A stretch of DNA of 64,000 nucleotides from Candidatus Versatilivorator sp. GTDB lineage: Bacteria > Acidobacteriota > Terriglobia > Versatilivoradales > Versatilivoraceae. Positions 1-10,351 of the stretch are shown piece after piece (within the stretch, counting starts at the first letter, position 1; every line of letters starts with the position of its first letter). Made by a program: the position numbers and the translations under genes. Below the pieces are notes generated by a model. That model saw only the letters and a program-made list of their open reading frames with translations. It searched no databases and was not told the DNA's origin. The DNA is taken from NCBI GenBank assembly GCA_965207735.1, contig OZ242296.1, forward strand, positions 352,001 through 416,000, read 5' to 3'.

Positions 1-264
1 GAACTCAGGCAGGCTCTGGATTCGCCCCCGACTGCAAGGCGGGAGCGAATCGAGGAGGAGGTCGGGGACCTGCTCTTTGCGGCGGTCAATATCGCCCGCT
101 TTCTGGACATTGATCCCGAAACGGCTTTGCGGAAGTCCAACCGGAAGTTCGTCAGGCGATTTCAGTTCATGGAGACCGCTCTGCGGCGAGCGGGTAAAGA
201 CCTGGGGGACAGCACCCCGGAAGATATGGAACAGCTCTGGGGGCAGGCCAAGAAGGCCCTGTGA
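1..264 (+). CDS. mazG: MazG-family nucleoside triphosphate pyrophosphohydrolase, 3' part (runs off the window start)
   Basis: Hand translation of frame 1: ...IEEEVGDLLFAAVNIARFLDIDPETALRKSNRKFVRRF...WGQAKKAL*, with the MazG EEExGDLLF motif. Not in the ORF track. Confidence 0.9.
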   Translation, partial: ELRQALDSPPTARRERIEEEVGDLLFAAVNIARFLDIDPETALRKSNRKFVRRFQFMETALRRAGKDLGDSTPEDMEQLWGQAKKAL

Positions 265-347
265 CGCCTTCCCGGCCCTGAGGCTACCGGCCTTTGCGGC
301 CGCCAGAGCCGGGTAGCCGGCGGCGCCGTCGATCCAATGGGCGTGGC

Positions 348-623
348 CTATCCCCCGGCAATGGCCGGAATGATCGACAACTCGTCCTTTTCTGTGACCG
401 GGGTCTGGAGATTCTCCAGAAAGCGAATGTCCTCTTCGTTGAGGAAGATATTGACGAAGCGCCGGACCTTCCCCTCGGATTCGCAGATGCGGTCCTTGAG
501 GCCGGGGTATTGCCGGTCGATGTCTTCGATGATCTCCAGCACCGATCCGCCCGTCCCGGTGATCACTTCCTGACCTCCGGTGAGCGTTCTCAGTTGAACG
601 GGAATACGCACGGATGTGGGCAT
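348..623 (-). CDS. MoaD/ThiS/CysO-like ubiquitin-fold sulfur carrier protein
   Basis: 91 aa with RRFVNIFLNEEDIRFL and C-terminal IIPAIAGG (free di-Gly). Confidence 0.92.
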   Translation of the reverse strand: MPTSVRIPVQLRTLTGGQEVITGTGGSVLEIIEDIDRQYPGLKDRICESEGKVRRFVNIFLNEEDIRFLENLQTPVTEKDELSIIPAIAGG

Positions 624-724
624 GAAGCCTCCTCTCTTGGTGAGTCCGATGAAACGACGGCTGCCATCATTGTGCCATGGGTTTCGGTGTTCCGACCGAG
701 GTTCCTGGGCCCTGGCCGGAAGTT

Positions 725-1786
725 CTACTGCTTTCCTTCCAGCATCCCTCGAGCCAGCAGCAGCTCTGCGTTGAGGATGGCGGCTCCCGCCGCCCCTCGT
801 ATGGTGTTGTGCCCCAGCAGGTCGAACTTGAAGTCCAGGATGGGACAGGGGCGGATGCGTCCCACCACCGTTGCCATTCCCTTTTCCAGGGTTCGGTCCA
901 GGCGGGGCTGGGGCCGGTCCGGTTCTTCCAGGCAGACCACCGGCCTGCGGGGTGCGCTGGGCAGATTCAATTCCTGGGGGAGGGATCGGAATGAGGCCAG
1001 GGCTTCCACAAGCTCACCGCGGGAGGGACGCTGCCGGAAGCTTGCCGAGACGGCTTCCAGGTGCCCGTCCTGCACGTTCACCCGGTGGCACTGGGCGCTG
1101 ATTCGGAACTCCGCCCGGTCGACTCTGCCCTCCTTGCATTGTCCCAGGATTTTCAGAGGTTCGGTCTCCACCTTCTCCTCTTCTCCCTCGATGTAGGGAA
1201 GCACGTTGTCGGTCACGTCCAGACTGGACACTCCCGGATAACCTGCGCCCGAGAGCGCCTGCATGGTCACCACGCTGACCCTCTCCAGGCCGAAGGCCCG
1301 GTGCAGCGGCGCCAGCGCCAGAACCAGGGCAATGGTGGTGCAGTTGGGATTGGTGACAATGAATCCCGAGGACCGGGTGCGCTCTTGCTGCAGGGGAATC
1401 AGTTCCAGGTGGTCGGGGTTGATCTCGGGGACCAGCAGAGGCACATCCTCGTCCATGCGGTGGTTTTTGGAGTTGCTGACCACCGGATAGCCGGCTCGGG
1501 CAAAATCGCTCTCCACCACTCCGGCAATCGAGGAGGGCAGGCCGGAAAAGACGAAGTCGACCTCCAGCCCGGGGCGGCAGGGGCTGAGGATTCGGTCTCT
1601 CGCATACTCCGGCATGGGCTCCGGGACCTTCCAGGAGCAGGCCCGCTGAAAAGGCTTGCCCACTGAACGGCCTGAAGCCGCAACCGCTCCCAGCTCGAAC
1701 CAGGGATGGTCCTCCAGCAACTGAATGAAACGCTGGCCGACGGTGCCGGTGGCTCCCAGAACCCCCGCCCGCAATTTCCTGGTCAT
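725..1786 (-). CDS. asd: Aspartate-semialdehyde dehydrogenase
   Basis: VLGATGTVGQRF Rossmann motif, TNPNCTT catalytic Cys, HNTIRGAAG. Start trimmed to MTRKL at 1786. Confidence 0.95.
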   Translation of the reverse strand: MTRKLRAGVLGATGTVGQRFIQLLEDHPWFELGAVAASGRSVGKPFQRACSWKVPEPMPEYARDRILSPCRPGLEVDFVFSGLPSSIAGVVESDFARAGYPVVSNSKNHRMDEDVPLLVPEINPDHLELIPLQQERTRSSGFIVTNPNCTTIALVLALAPLHRAFGLERVSVVTMQALSGAGYPGVSSLDVTDNVLPYIEGEEEKVETEPLKILGQCKEGRVDRAEFRISAQCHRVNVQDGHLEAVSASFRQRPSRGELVEALASFRSLPQELNLPSAPRRPVVCLEEPDRPQPRLDRTLEKGMATVVGRIRPCPILDFKFDLLGHNTIRGAAGAAILNAELLLARGMLEGKQ

Positions 1787-1883
1787 TGCCTGACTCCGGT
1801 GTTCAACTCCTTCATTCCCTGTTGCTCTCCCGCGCCATGGGGGCACGCCCCCGAATTCCAGCCCCGGCCCGGAACTCCTCCCA

Positions 1884-3017
1884 TCACAGTTGCTCCAGGG
1901 CCGAGAGGCAGCGATCGATATCGTCCTCGGTGTTGAAGTAACCGGGGCTGATTCGGACGGCCCCCTCGGGCGCCGTGCCCAGCTGCCGGTGAAGATAGGG
2001 GGCACAGTGCAGGCCGGGCCGGACGGCGATTTCGAAGGAGTTGTCCAGGATCATTCCCACCTCCGAGGCGGTGTAACCCTCCCGGTTGAACGCCAGCGAA
2101 CCCACCCGGCGGTGCGTGTCCAGGGAGCCGTAGAGACAGATCTTGGGGTTGTCCCTGAGGGATTCGGTCAATCGAGCCAGCAAACGCTGCTCGTGGCCGC
2201 GGATCCTGTCGAGGCCCTCGCCGGTCACAAAGCGCAGGCCGGCTCTCAGCCCCGCCACACCCAGGGTGTTGGGGGTCCCCCCTTCCAGAAGGTGGGGAAG
2301 GCTGCGGGGCTGCAGGGGGGCTTCCGAATCGAAACCGGTACCGCCTTCCCGCCAGGGGAGCGGCTCGACCCGGTGGCCCACCAACAGAACGCCGATTCCG
2401 GGCGGACCGAACAGGGCCTTGTGGCCCGGAAAAGCCAGCAGATCGATCCGCATGGCCTGCATGTCGATGGGAACGATTCCGGCTGTCTGGGCCGCATCCA
2501 CCAGAAACAGCGCCTCGTGCCGGCGGCAGATCCTGCCGATTTCGGCAATGGGTTGCAGGGTTCCCAGGACGTTGGAGGCGTGCAGCAGGACCACCAGCCG
2601 GGTTTGCGAGGTCAGGGCTCTGCCAAAGTCTTCCGGATCGACGAACCCCTGCTGAGAGAAAGGCAACTGGGTCAGCCTGATGCTGCCGTCGCTTTCCAGC
2701 TGTCTCAAGGGGCGGGAGACCGAATTGTGTTCCAGCAGGCTGGTGACCACGTGGTCTCCAGGGCGAAGCACTCCCTTGATAGCCATGTTGAGGGAGTCGG
2801 TGCCGTTGAGGGTGAAAATCACCCGGCGATGGTCGTCCAGTCCAAAAAAGCGGGCCAGCAGGTTGCGGGTGTCGTCCAAGGTTTTTTCCACCCGGACTGC
2901 CCACTGGTGTCCCCCTCTGCCGGGATTGGCCCCATCGCGGCGCAAGTAGTCCTGCAATTCCCGGTAGACGGCCTCCGGTTTGGGAAAGCTGGTGGCTGCG
3001 TTGTCCAGATAGATCAT
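1884..3017 (-). CDS. Cysteine desulfurase family (class V PLP enzyme)
   Basis: MIYLDNAATS, DAAQ, FPGHK (PLP Lys), RPGLHCAP catalytic Cys. Confidence 0.92.
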   Translation of the reverse strand: MIYLDNAATSFPKPEAVYRELQDYLRRDGANPGRGGHQWAVRVEKTLDDTRNLLARFFGLDDHRRVIFTLNGTDSLNMAIKGVLRPGDHVVTSLLEHNSVSRPLRQLESDGSIRLTQLPFSQQGFVDPEDFGRALTSQTRLVVLLHASNVLGTLQPIAEIGRICRRHEALFLVDAAQTAGIVPIDMQAMRIDLLAFPGHKALFGPPGIGVLLVGHRVEPLPWREGGTGFDSEAPLQPRSLPHLLEGGTPNTLGVAGLRAGLRFVTGEGLDRIRGHEQRLLARLTESLRDNPKICLYGSLDTHRRVGSLAFNREGYTASEVGMILDNSFEIAVRPGLHCAPYLHRQLGTAPEGAVRISPGYFNTEDDIDRCLSALEQL

Positions 3018-3112
3018 GGTGGGTGGCGGCTGCCGGCTATCTCCCGGTTTTGCCCTGGCGGGGGCGCGGTCGCGGCATCCTGGGGACGGTCTCTTGCGCC
3101 TCGGTTGGGATC

Positions 3113-4147
3113 TCAGTTTCCGATGTACCTGGAATAGAGTGAACGGGCCTCCTGGGAGTCCCGGGTGCCCTTGACAATGCTCCGGCCGTCCGGAAAGACG
3201 GCTATTTCAATCTCCTTCAGCCGGAACCTGAGCAGAAACCGATTGTAGGAAACGCTGCCCAGAGGTTCCAGGCGGCGGCTCAGTTGGGGGAAATCCAGGT
3301 GTTTCCCCGGGGCCTGACTGATCTGAACCGAGTCTCGCCCGCAGAGAACGGTGGCCAGGGACTCCCGCTCCCCCTCCAGGAAGTCGTAGCGGCCCAGATG
3401 GCAGGCCGGGCAATCCCCGCCGGTACGGCTGCTTTCGATCTCCAGGCGCCGCCAGCTGTTCCGCCAGACATCCAGGCTGACCAGGTTCCGGTTGACGCGC
3501 TCCAACCGTCCAGTCAGGATCTTCAAGGCTTCGGCCACCTGCAGGGAGGCCACCAGGTTGACGGCCGGCGCCAGCACGCCCGCCGTATCGCAGGTGGGCG
3601 TGGTTCCAGGCGGTGGCGGGGACTCAAAGACACAACGCAGGCAGGGCGTCCGGCCGGGAACAATGGTCATGGTCAGGCCCTCGCTTCCTACCGCGGCCCC
3701 GTAAATCCAGGGGATTCGCCGCTTATGAGAGACGTCGTTCAGCAGGAAGCGAGCCTCGAAGTTGTCGGTGCCGTCGAGAATGCAGTCCGCATCCTCCAAC
3801 AGGGATTCGGCGTTGCGATAGTTGAGGTCCTCCACCCGGGCCTCCACGGCAACCGAGGAGTTGATGGCCTGCAGGCGCCGTGTGGCGGCCACCGCCTTGG
3901 GGAGGCCTTCCCGAACGTCCTCCTCCGTGAACAGGGTTTGCCGCTGCAGGTTGCTTTCCTCGATGAAGTCCCGGTCGATCAGGCGGAGGCTTCCGACCCC
4001 CGCACGGGTCAATGCCTCGGCCTGCACCGTTCCCAGAGCTCCGCAGCCCACGATGACCACCCGGCTGCCAAGCAGGCGCTCCTGTCCGGCTGTGCCAATT
4101 TCCGCAAAGAGGATCTGGCGGGAGTAACGGGTTGGAAGATCCGACAT
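3113..4147 (-). CDS. ThiF/MoeB-family adenylyltransferase (E1-like)
   Basis: RYSRQ, GCGALG, SNLQRQ, DGTDN, two CxxC motifs (CLRC, CPAC). Confidence 0.93.
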   Translation of the reverse strand: MSDLPTRYSRQILFAEIGTAGQERLLGSRVVIVGCGALGTVQAEALTRAGVGSLRLIDRDFIEESNLQRQTLFTEEDVREGLPKAVAATRRLQAINSSVAVEARVEDLNYRNAESLLEDADCILDGTDNFEARFLLNDVSHKRRIPWIYGAAVGSEGLTMTIVPGRTPCLRCVFESPPPPGTTPTCDTAGVLAPAVNLVASLQVAEALKILTGRLERVNRNLVSLDVWRNSWRRLEIESSRTGGDCPACHLGRYDFLEGERESLATVLCGRDSVQISQAPGKHLDFPQLSRRLEPLGSVSYNRFLLRFRLKEIEIAVFPDGRSIVKGTRDSQEARSLYSRYIGN

Positions 4148-4240
4148 GAACGTTTCTCTGAGGGGCGGGACCTCCCGGAAAACAGGCCGGCGCGCCCGAC
4201 CCTGACCAATGCCGGAAGGTGCTTGAAGGCCGGACTGCTT

Positions 4241-5482
4241 TCAGCCGACAGCCGACACCTTCGGGAGGGTTTCTTCGAACTCGCTCAGCCTGGCCGGAAT
4301 GACCGCGGGCTCGGTCAGACGCCCCTGGACGGCCTCCTGGGTCTTCAGTCCGTTCCCGGTAATGGAAATCACCGTAAGGTCGTCGCTGCTGATTCTGCCT
4401 TGTCCAATCAGCTTGCGGGTGACGGCCACGGTGACCCCGCCGGCCGTTTCGGTGAAAATGCCTTCTTCCTCGGCCAGGAGCTGGATGCCGTCCACCACCT
4501 CCTCGTCGCTGACGTCCTCTCCCCAGCCGCCGCTTTCCAGCATGGTCTTGAGAGCGTAATAGCCATCGGCAGGATTCCCGATGGCAATGGACTTGGCGAT
4601 GCTGTCGGGCTTCACCGGCTTGATGAAATCCCGGCCGGTCTTGACGGCGGTGGTGATGGGTGAGCAGCCGGTGGCCTGAGCCCCGAAGATCCGACAACGG
4701 CTGTCGGGAATCAGATCCAGCTTGTGCATTTCAGTGAAAGCCTTGCGGATCTTGGTAATGAGCGATCCTCCCGCCATGGGGACCACGATGCAGTCGGGTG
4801 TCCTCCATCCGAGTTGTTCCGCGACCTCCAGGCCAAAGCTTTTGGATCCCTCCGCATAGAAGGGGCGAAGGTTGATGTTGACGAAGCCCCACCGATACTT
4901 CCCCACGATCTCGCTGCACAGCCGATTCACGTCATCGTAGTTCCCATCGATCTTAATGACGTTGTTCTTGTAGATCAGCGTGCCCAGAACCTTGCCCATC
5001 TCGAGGTCGGCCGGGATGAACACGTAGCTGTTGAGTCCCACGCTGGCGGCGTTGGCGGCCACGGCGTTGGCGAGGTTTCCGGTCGAGGCGCAACCCACCG
5101 TGTCGAAGCCGAATTCCAGGGCCTTGGAGAGGGCCACGGCCACCACCCGATCCTTGAAGGACAGGGTTGGAGCGCAGACGCTGTCATTCTTGATATAGAG
5201 ATTCTTCAGACCCAGCCTTCCGGCCAGGTTTTCCGCCCGGACCAGCGGCGTGAAGCCGGCCTGGGATCCCACTCGGGCTTCTCCGTCCAGCGGCAGCAGT
5301 TCAGCGTAGCGCCACATGTTGGGAGCTCTTTTCTGGATGACTTCGCGCCGCAGCAGCGGCCGGATGGCCTCATAGTCGTAGACCACCTCCAGCGGACCGA
5401 AGCAGAACTCACAGACCGACAAGGGTTCCTTGGGGTAGGACTGTCCACACTCCCGGCATTGCAGGCCGTTCACAAAAGACAT
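4241..5482 (-). CDS. Threonine-synthase-like PLP enzyme (possibly an O-phosphohomoserine sulfhydrylase)
   Basis: N-terminal CxxC pairs, PTLSFKDR, ASTGNLA, TGNGLK. Start MSFVNG at 5482. Confidence 0.88.
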   Translation of the reverse strand: MSFVNGLQCRECGQSYPKEPLSVCEFCFGPLEVVYDYEAIRPLLRREVIQKRAPNMWRYAELLPLDGEARVGSQAGFTPLVRAENLAGRLGLKNLYIKNDSVCAPTLSFKDRVVAVALSKALEFGFDTVGCASTGNLANAVAANAASVGLNSYVFIPADLEMGKVLGTLIYKNNVIKIDGNYDDVNRLCSEIVGKYRWGFVNINLRPFYAEGSKSFGLEVAEQLGWRTPDCIVVPMAGGSLITKIRKAFTEMHKLDLIPDSRCRIFGAQATGCSPITTAVKTGRDFIKPVKPDSIAKSIAIGNPADGYYALKTMLESGGWGEDVSDEEVVDGIQLLAEEEGIFTETAGGVTVAVTRKLIGQGRISSDDLTVISITGNGLKTQEAVQGRLTEPAVIPARLSEFEETLPKVSAVG

Positions 5483-5574
5483 AACAATCCTCGCTGGCAG
5501 CACTGAAGCCGCACAACTATGCGGGTCGCTGCATACATGATGAAAAGCAGTTTGTCTTCAATACCTTATGGGCC

Positions 5575-5602
5575 AAAAAAAGCCCCTTCGATAAGAAGAG
5601 GC
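5575..5602 (-). terminator. Intrinsic terminator of the SAM-I expression platform
   Basis: Minus strand GCCTCTTC-TTATC-GAAGGGGC-TTTTTTT. Its TTCTTATC can alternatively pair with the aptamer 3' P1 strand GATAAGAA (antiterminator). Confidence 0.85.
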
Positions 5603-5616
5603 GGGTATCGGCTCTA

Positions 5617-5720
5617 TTCTTATCTTTCAGAAACTTGGTTCTGTCGGAGTTGGCACCTTCCCTGGAAGGGGGGTTGCCGTGGCTTCACAGGGCCAGTCCC
5701 TCAGCCACTCTGGATAAGAA
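5617..5720 (-). ncRNA. SAM-I (S-box) riboswitch
   Basis: Minus strand CTTATCCAGAG-TGGCTGAGGGACTGGCCCTGTGAAGCCA-CGGCAACC...GGTGCCAACTCCGACAG...CTGAAAGATAAG matches the SAM-I consensus. Confidence 0.96.
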
Positions 5721-5996
5721 CGTTATTCAATTGTCGGAAAGGATTATAGTAGGGCGGAGCCGAATGTCAAGGAGTGAACCCGTGATTCCGGCTGGGGGCT
5801 GCGCTATCGAGCACAGTTTTCCAACAATTCAACGACGTCCCCTGTCTCCTGTCCCTTATTCGGCCCTCTCGACCCTCCTGCAAGAACTCTGGTGAGAAAA
5901 CGGGTTATGCCGTAGAATTTAGGGAAGTTTCATGCTGTTTGACATAGTGTACCCTGCTTGGCAGAAAAGTGTGCGGCTGACGAAGGGAGACAGACG

Positions 5997-8900
5997 ATGC
6001 GATTGACACCACCACTCTACATCGGGGGCCGTCGATGGGCGGCAGCCGTCATTCTGGTTCTGGCCGGCGCCTCCCTGTCGGGAGCCCAGACCAAGGGCGG
6101 CCGCATCCAGGGGTACGTGTTCGATCAGACGCAAGCCGTCATACCGGGCGTTACCGTGACCGCCACCGACCAGGAACGGGATGTGGAGCGAAAAACCGTC
6201 ACCTCGGCGCTGGGCGAGTATGTCTTCAGCCACGTGATGCCGGGGCTCTACACGCTGCGTTTCGAGGCGGAGGGCTTTGTCCCCTACCTGGCCGAGAACT
6301 TCGAGGTCCGCGTGGGAGAGACCGCGGCTTTTTCGCCGGAGTTGACGTTGGGCACGGCCACCAAGAGCATCGTGGTATCAGCGGTCAGCGAGCGCCCGGC
6401 GATCGACACCCATCAGACGGCGCAGGCCGACTATATCGACTCGGTCCGCATCGAGAACCTCCCCATCAACCGCCGGGACTACCTGGATCTGGCTCTGCTG
6501 ACCCCGGGAGTGGTCAGCACGAACGATATGGTCGATGACCGGGACGGCCGAATCGTGGTCACTCCCCATTCCGGGCTGGGCATTGGGGGGGGCAGCGGGC
6601 GAAACAATACCTTCATGCTGGACGGTTTGAACAACGTCTTCGACACGGGAGCGGTCCGCTCCACCATCACCCAGGCGGCGGTGCAGGAGTTCCAGGTGAA
6701 CCGAAACACGTTTTCGGCCGAGCTGGGCGGCGCGCCCGGCGGCGCCATCAACATCGTCACCAAGGGCGGCACCAGCCAGTTGCATGGAAGCCTGTTCGGA
6801 CTGCTCCGCAACCGCCACGTCCAGGCCCGCAACTACTTCGATCCGGAAAAATCGGCCTACACCCGAGCGCAGAGCGGGGCCTCGATCGGCGGACCGCTGG
6901 GACGGGAGGGGACGTTCTTCTACGGCGCCTACGAGCGTCTGGACCGCCACGAATCGGTCTTCGTTCCCCTGCTGCGGGACGACTCGTTCCTGTACGAGCT
7001 GACACCCTCGCAGCAGGGTTTGATGGCGGGCCTGGGCACGACGGGGCTGATCCCGGGGCCGCTGTTGGACGAGTTCGCGGCTGCTCTGACGCCGGGAAAC
7101 TATCCCCACCTCGTCTCCTTGTTCGAGCAGAACAGCGGGGTCTTTCCGTTCGGGGAGGAACGCCAGCAGTTCCTGGGGCGTGTGGACCACACGGTGGGGG
7201 ATGGACACACGCTGTTCACGCGGGTCAACTGGACCGGCTTGGACAGCGAGAATACCCAGTTCGGATCGCTGGTCTCCTACAGCCGCGGCCGGAATATCCA
7301 CACCAACGATTTCGGGGTGGCATTGGGCAATACGCTGCTGATCAACCCGGAGCTGGCCAGCGAAACCCTCCTGGGATTCAACTATCACGACTCCGGCGTG
7401 TATCCGACCGACCCCTACGGTCCGTCGATCGACATCAACGGATTCGGCCTGTTCGGACGGGACCTGATCATGCCGACCCGCATCGTGGAACGGGCCGGCC
7501 AGGTGCGGCAGAATTTCACCCGAAATTCCGGCCCGCATACCTACAAGTTCGGCGTCGACGCCGGGGGCTCGCGTTTCAGCATCAGATCGGAAACCTTTTT
7601 CGGAGGGCGCTTTCAGTTCGGCGAGGCGGTGCCTCTGGCCCTTATAGTCGACAACGGCATCGGCGCAGGAGCGTCTCAGTTGCTGCAGGGCGCTCTGACG
7701 GCGTTCGGACAGCCCCGGCTTGCCGCCGCGCTAGACGAACCCATCTCATCCCTGCAGGCCTATGCCCTGGGGCTGCCGCTGATTTATCAGCAGGGCTTCG
7801 GCAGTCCCTACTGGATCGGATGGAAGAACTATCTCAACTTCTTCGCCGAAGCCTCCTGGCGCCTGAGGCCCAATCTGCAACTGACGCTGGGCGGCCGTCA
7901 CGAGTTCGAGGTCAAGACGCGGTTCCCGACCGACAAGAACAACTTTGCGCCCAGGCTGGGATTCGCCTGGAGCCCCGGTCCGCGTGTGGTCGTACGCGGA
8001 GGCTTCGGCATCTACTACGCCAGGATCGAAAGCCAGATCACCTACATCAGGGACCTGCTGGGAGAGGCGGGCGATATCTTCCAGGTATTCGTCCCGCTGA
8101 CCGGGTTATCCGGGATCAACAGTGCGTTGACCGGCGATCTGCTCACCTCGGCGGAGATCTACCAAACCGCCCTGCAGCGGGGCATCCTGGGGACCCGTTC
8201 CATCACGCCTCAGGACCTGGCCATCCACGGGATCGATCCGGGACCGGGGCTTCCGTTGCGGGTGCAGTTCGATGTGGCCGACGACACGGTCAATCCCTAT
8301 TCCCAGCAGGCCAGTCTCGAAATACAGCGAGAGGTGGCCGACGGCTACACCGTCTCGCTGGGATACAACTTCAACCGCGGCGTCCACATTATTCGTCCCC
8401 TGGACACCAACCTCTACCAGGCGGGAACCAACGAGCTGGGACGCCCGATCGTGGGCTTTCACAATCCGCTGGTGTTGCAGAACAACATCTACGGCAGTTG
8501 GGCCAATTCCTCCTACCATGCCTTTATGGCCCAGTTCCGGAAACGCTTCTTCGATGGATTCACCCTCTCGGCCCACTACACCTGGAGCAAGACCATGGAC
8601 GAGAACACCGACTACAACTCTTCGTTCCAGCCGCACTTGCAGTGGGACGCCAAGGCCGAGTGGGCCTTGTCTTCCTTCCACCGGAAACACAACTTCGTCG
8701 CCTACACCGTGGTGGATCTCCCCTGGCGATCGGGCACCGGGGGCGGATTCGGTCACGCCCTCATCCGCGACTTCACGGTCTCGGCCATTGCGAGCGCGCG
8801 CTCGGGGGCTCCCTTCAACCTCAACTCGGGCTTCGACACCGTGGGCGACCGCCACAACGACACTCACCGCCCCTGGGGCGTGGGCCGCAACATCGGCATG

Positions 8901-9164
8901 GGCCCCGACTTTTTCTCTTTCGATCTCCGACTGAACAGGGAGATTCCGCTGACCGAGACCTGGACTCTGGGGCTGATCGCCGAGGCCTTCAATCTGTTCA
9001 ACCGAACCAACTTCAAGCACATCAACAGCACGGTCGGCGACGTGAGTATCGACGAACTTCCTTCCCGGCTGGTGGGCCGCCGGGGACCGGTCACCGAGCC
9101 CTTCTCCTTCACGGCGGCCTTCGATCCGAGACAGTTCCAGTTGTCGCTGCGTTTGAATTTTTAG
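5997..9164 (+). CDS. TonB-dependent receptor, Oar-like, with carboxypeptidase regulatory-like N-terminal domain
   Basis: Signal peptide, IENLPINRR..LALLTPGV, AVQEFQV, NIVTKGGT, APRLGFAW, C-terminal RQFQLSLRLNF. Confidence 0.9.
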   Translation: MRLTPPLYIGGRRWAAAVILVLAGASLSGAQTKGGRIQGYVFDQTQAVIPGVTVTATDQERDVERKTVTSALGEYVFSHVMPGLYTLRFEAEGFVPYLAENFEVRVGETAAFSPELTLGTATKSIVVSAVSERPAIDTHQTAQADYIDSVRIENLPINRRDYLDLALLTPGVVSTNDMVDDRDGRIVVTPHSGLGIGGGSGRNNTFMLDGLNNVFDTGAVRSTITQAAVQEFQVNRNTFSAELGGAPGGAINIVTKGGTSQLHGSLFGLLRNRHVQARNYFDPEKSAYTRAQSGASIGGPLGREGTFFYGAYERLDRHESVFVPLLRDDSFLYELTPSQQGLMAGLGTTGLIPGPLLDEFAAALTPGNYPHLVSLFEQNSGVFPFGEERQQFLGRVDHTVGDGHTLFTRVNWTGLDSENTQFGSLVSYSRGRNIHTNDFGVALGNTLLINPELASETLLGFNYHDSGVYPTDPYGPSIDINGFGLFGRDLIMPTRIVERAGQVRQNFTRNSGPHTYKFGVDAGGSRFSIRSETFFGGRFQFGEAVPLALIVDNGIGAGASQLLQGALTAFGQPRLAAALDEPISSLQAYALGLPLIYQQGFGSPYWIGWKNYLNFFAEASWRLRPNLQLTLGGRHEFEVKTRFPTDKNNFAPRLGFAWSPGPRVVVRGGFGIYYARIESQITYIRDLLGEAGDIFQVFVPLTGLSGINSALTGDLLTSAEIYQTALQRGILGTRSITPQDLAIHGIDPGPGLPLRVQFDVADDTVNPYSQQASLEIQREVADGYTVSLGYNFNRGVHIIRPLDTNLYQAGTNELGRPIVGFHNPLVLQNNIYGSWANSSYHAFMAQFRKRFFDGFTLSAHYTWSKTMDENTDYNSSFQPHLQWDAKAEWALSSFHRKHNFVAYTVVDLPWRSGTGGGFGHALIRDFTVSAIASARSGAPFNLNSGFDTVGDRHNDTHRPWGVGRNIGMGPDFFSFDLRLNREIPLTETWTLGLIAEAFNLFNRTNFKHINSTVGDVSIDELPSRLVGRRGPVTEPFSFTAAFDPRQFQLSLRLNF

Positions 9165-9307
9165 CGGCGTGCAGACGTTCGAAGCCCAAAAGCTCGCCGC
9201 TGAAATCTGGGAGCGCATAGAGTCCTCAAAGTCTCAGTAACCGCCCCCTCCTGCTTCCGCAATTTCCCTTTATTCAACTATCCTCGGCTGGCCTCGCCCC
9301 CGCCTCC

Positions 9308-10288
9308 TCACCGCCCCCGCTTCAGGTCTTGCCGTAGCAGGCGGTCGACCAGCCGCTCCAGGAACTCGTCGGTTTGGATCGACATGGCCACCCGGCTGTT
9401 GGGCGGCCGGCTTTCGTCGATGACCGTAAATCCCTCGGCAGTGGTGCGGACGTGGGCGGCGCGGGTGCGGAACAGCTCCGGCCACAGCACCATGCCGATG
9501 GGGACGGGGTCGAACAGGATGGGTGTTTCCCGCCCCCAGAGCCGGTAGAGAGCCTGAAGCGCATCGGTGAGCGGCGAGCGGTGGGACCAGAGGGCCTGGC
9601 GTTGTTCGACCTTCAACTCCACGAAAGCCGTGACGTCCAGGCCGGCGTAGGTGATCGGGGTCGTCGAGGAAGACAGGATGCGGGCGGCGGGGATATCGGC
9701 CCGCACGTTCCACTCGGCCGAAGGAACGGGGCTGCCCCCATATCCCAGGTAGAAGGAACCGAACATGGAGTAGACCCTTTTGACCAGTTGCAGCACCTCC
9801 GGGTCTTTTTGAAGGAGGTCGGCCAGGTTGGATACCGGACCGACCGATATCAGGGTGATCTGCCCGGGGTGCCGGCGCAATTGGTTCGCGATGAAGTCCG
9901 CCGCCGGCGTATCGATGGGCTTGACCGTCGAAAAACCCTCTGCCCAGGAAAACTGCCTGGGGTGGGGCCCGGTGATTTGCGGATGACCCACCACCAGGGG
10001 GGTAGGCCTTCCCAGGGCCACCGGGATCTCCTCGCGCCCGGCTTCATAGAGGAGACGACAGGCCAGCCGGCCTCTCTCGTCGGTTCGGCCGTGTCCCAGG
10101 GTGATCCCCACGATCTCCAGTTCCGGACTGGCCAGCAACAGCGCCAGGGCAAAGGCGTCGTCGACGTCCGAGCCCAGGTCGGAGTCCAGGATGACCTTGT
10201 GGCGCTCGGCCCGGGCCGCGGATTGAAAGGTCATGGCGAAGAGTGCGAGAAACATGAACGCCAGAGCTGGAGGGATTCGAGCGGTCAA
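9308..10288 (-). CDS. Nucleoside hydrolase (IUNH family), probably exported
   Basis: DSDLGSDVDDAFAL motif, GPVSNLA, AEWNV, signal-like N-terminus. Confidence 0.88.
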   Translation of the reverse strand: MTARIPPALAFMFLALFAMTFQSAARAERHKVILDSDLGSDVDDAFALALLLASPELEIVGITLGHGRTDERGRLACRLLYEAGREEIPVALGRPTPLVVGHPQITGPHPRQFSWAEGFSTVKPIDTPAADFIANQLRRHPGQITLISVGPVSNLADLLQKDPEVLQLVKRVYSMFGSFYLGYGGSPVPSAEWNVRADIPAARILSSSTTPITYAGLDVTAFVELKVEQRQALWSHRSPLTDALQALYRLWGRETPILFDPVPIGMVLWPELFRTRAAHVRTTAEGFTVIDESRPPNSRVAMSIQTDEFLERLVDRLLRQDLKRGR

Positions 10289-10351
10289 CAGCAGTTCCTT
10301 TTCTCCTCGCCGTCGCCTGGCTGCCGGGGCAGGCCATCCACTGCCGACGGG

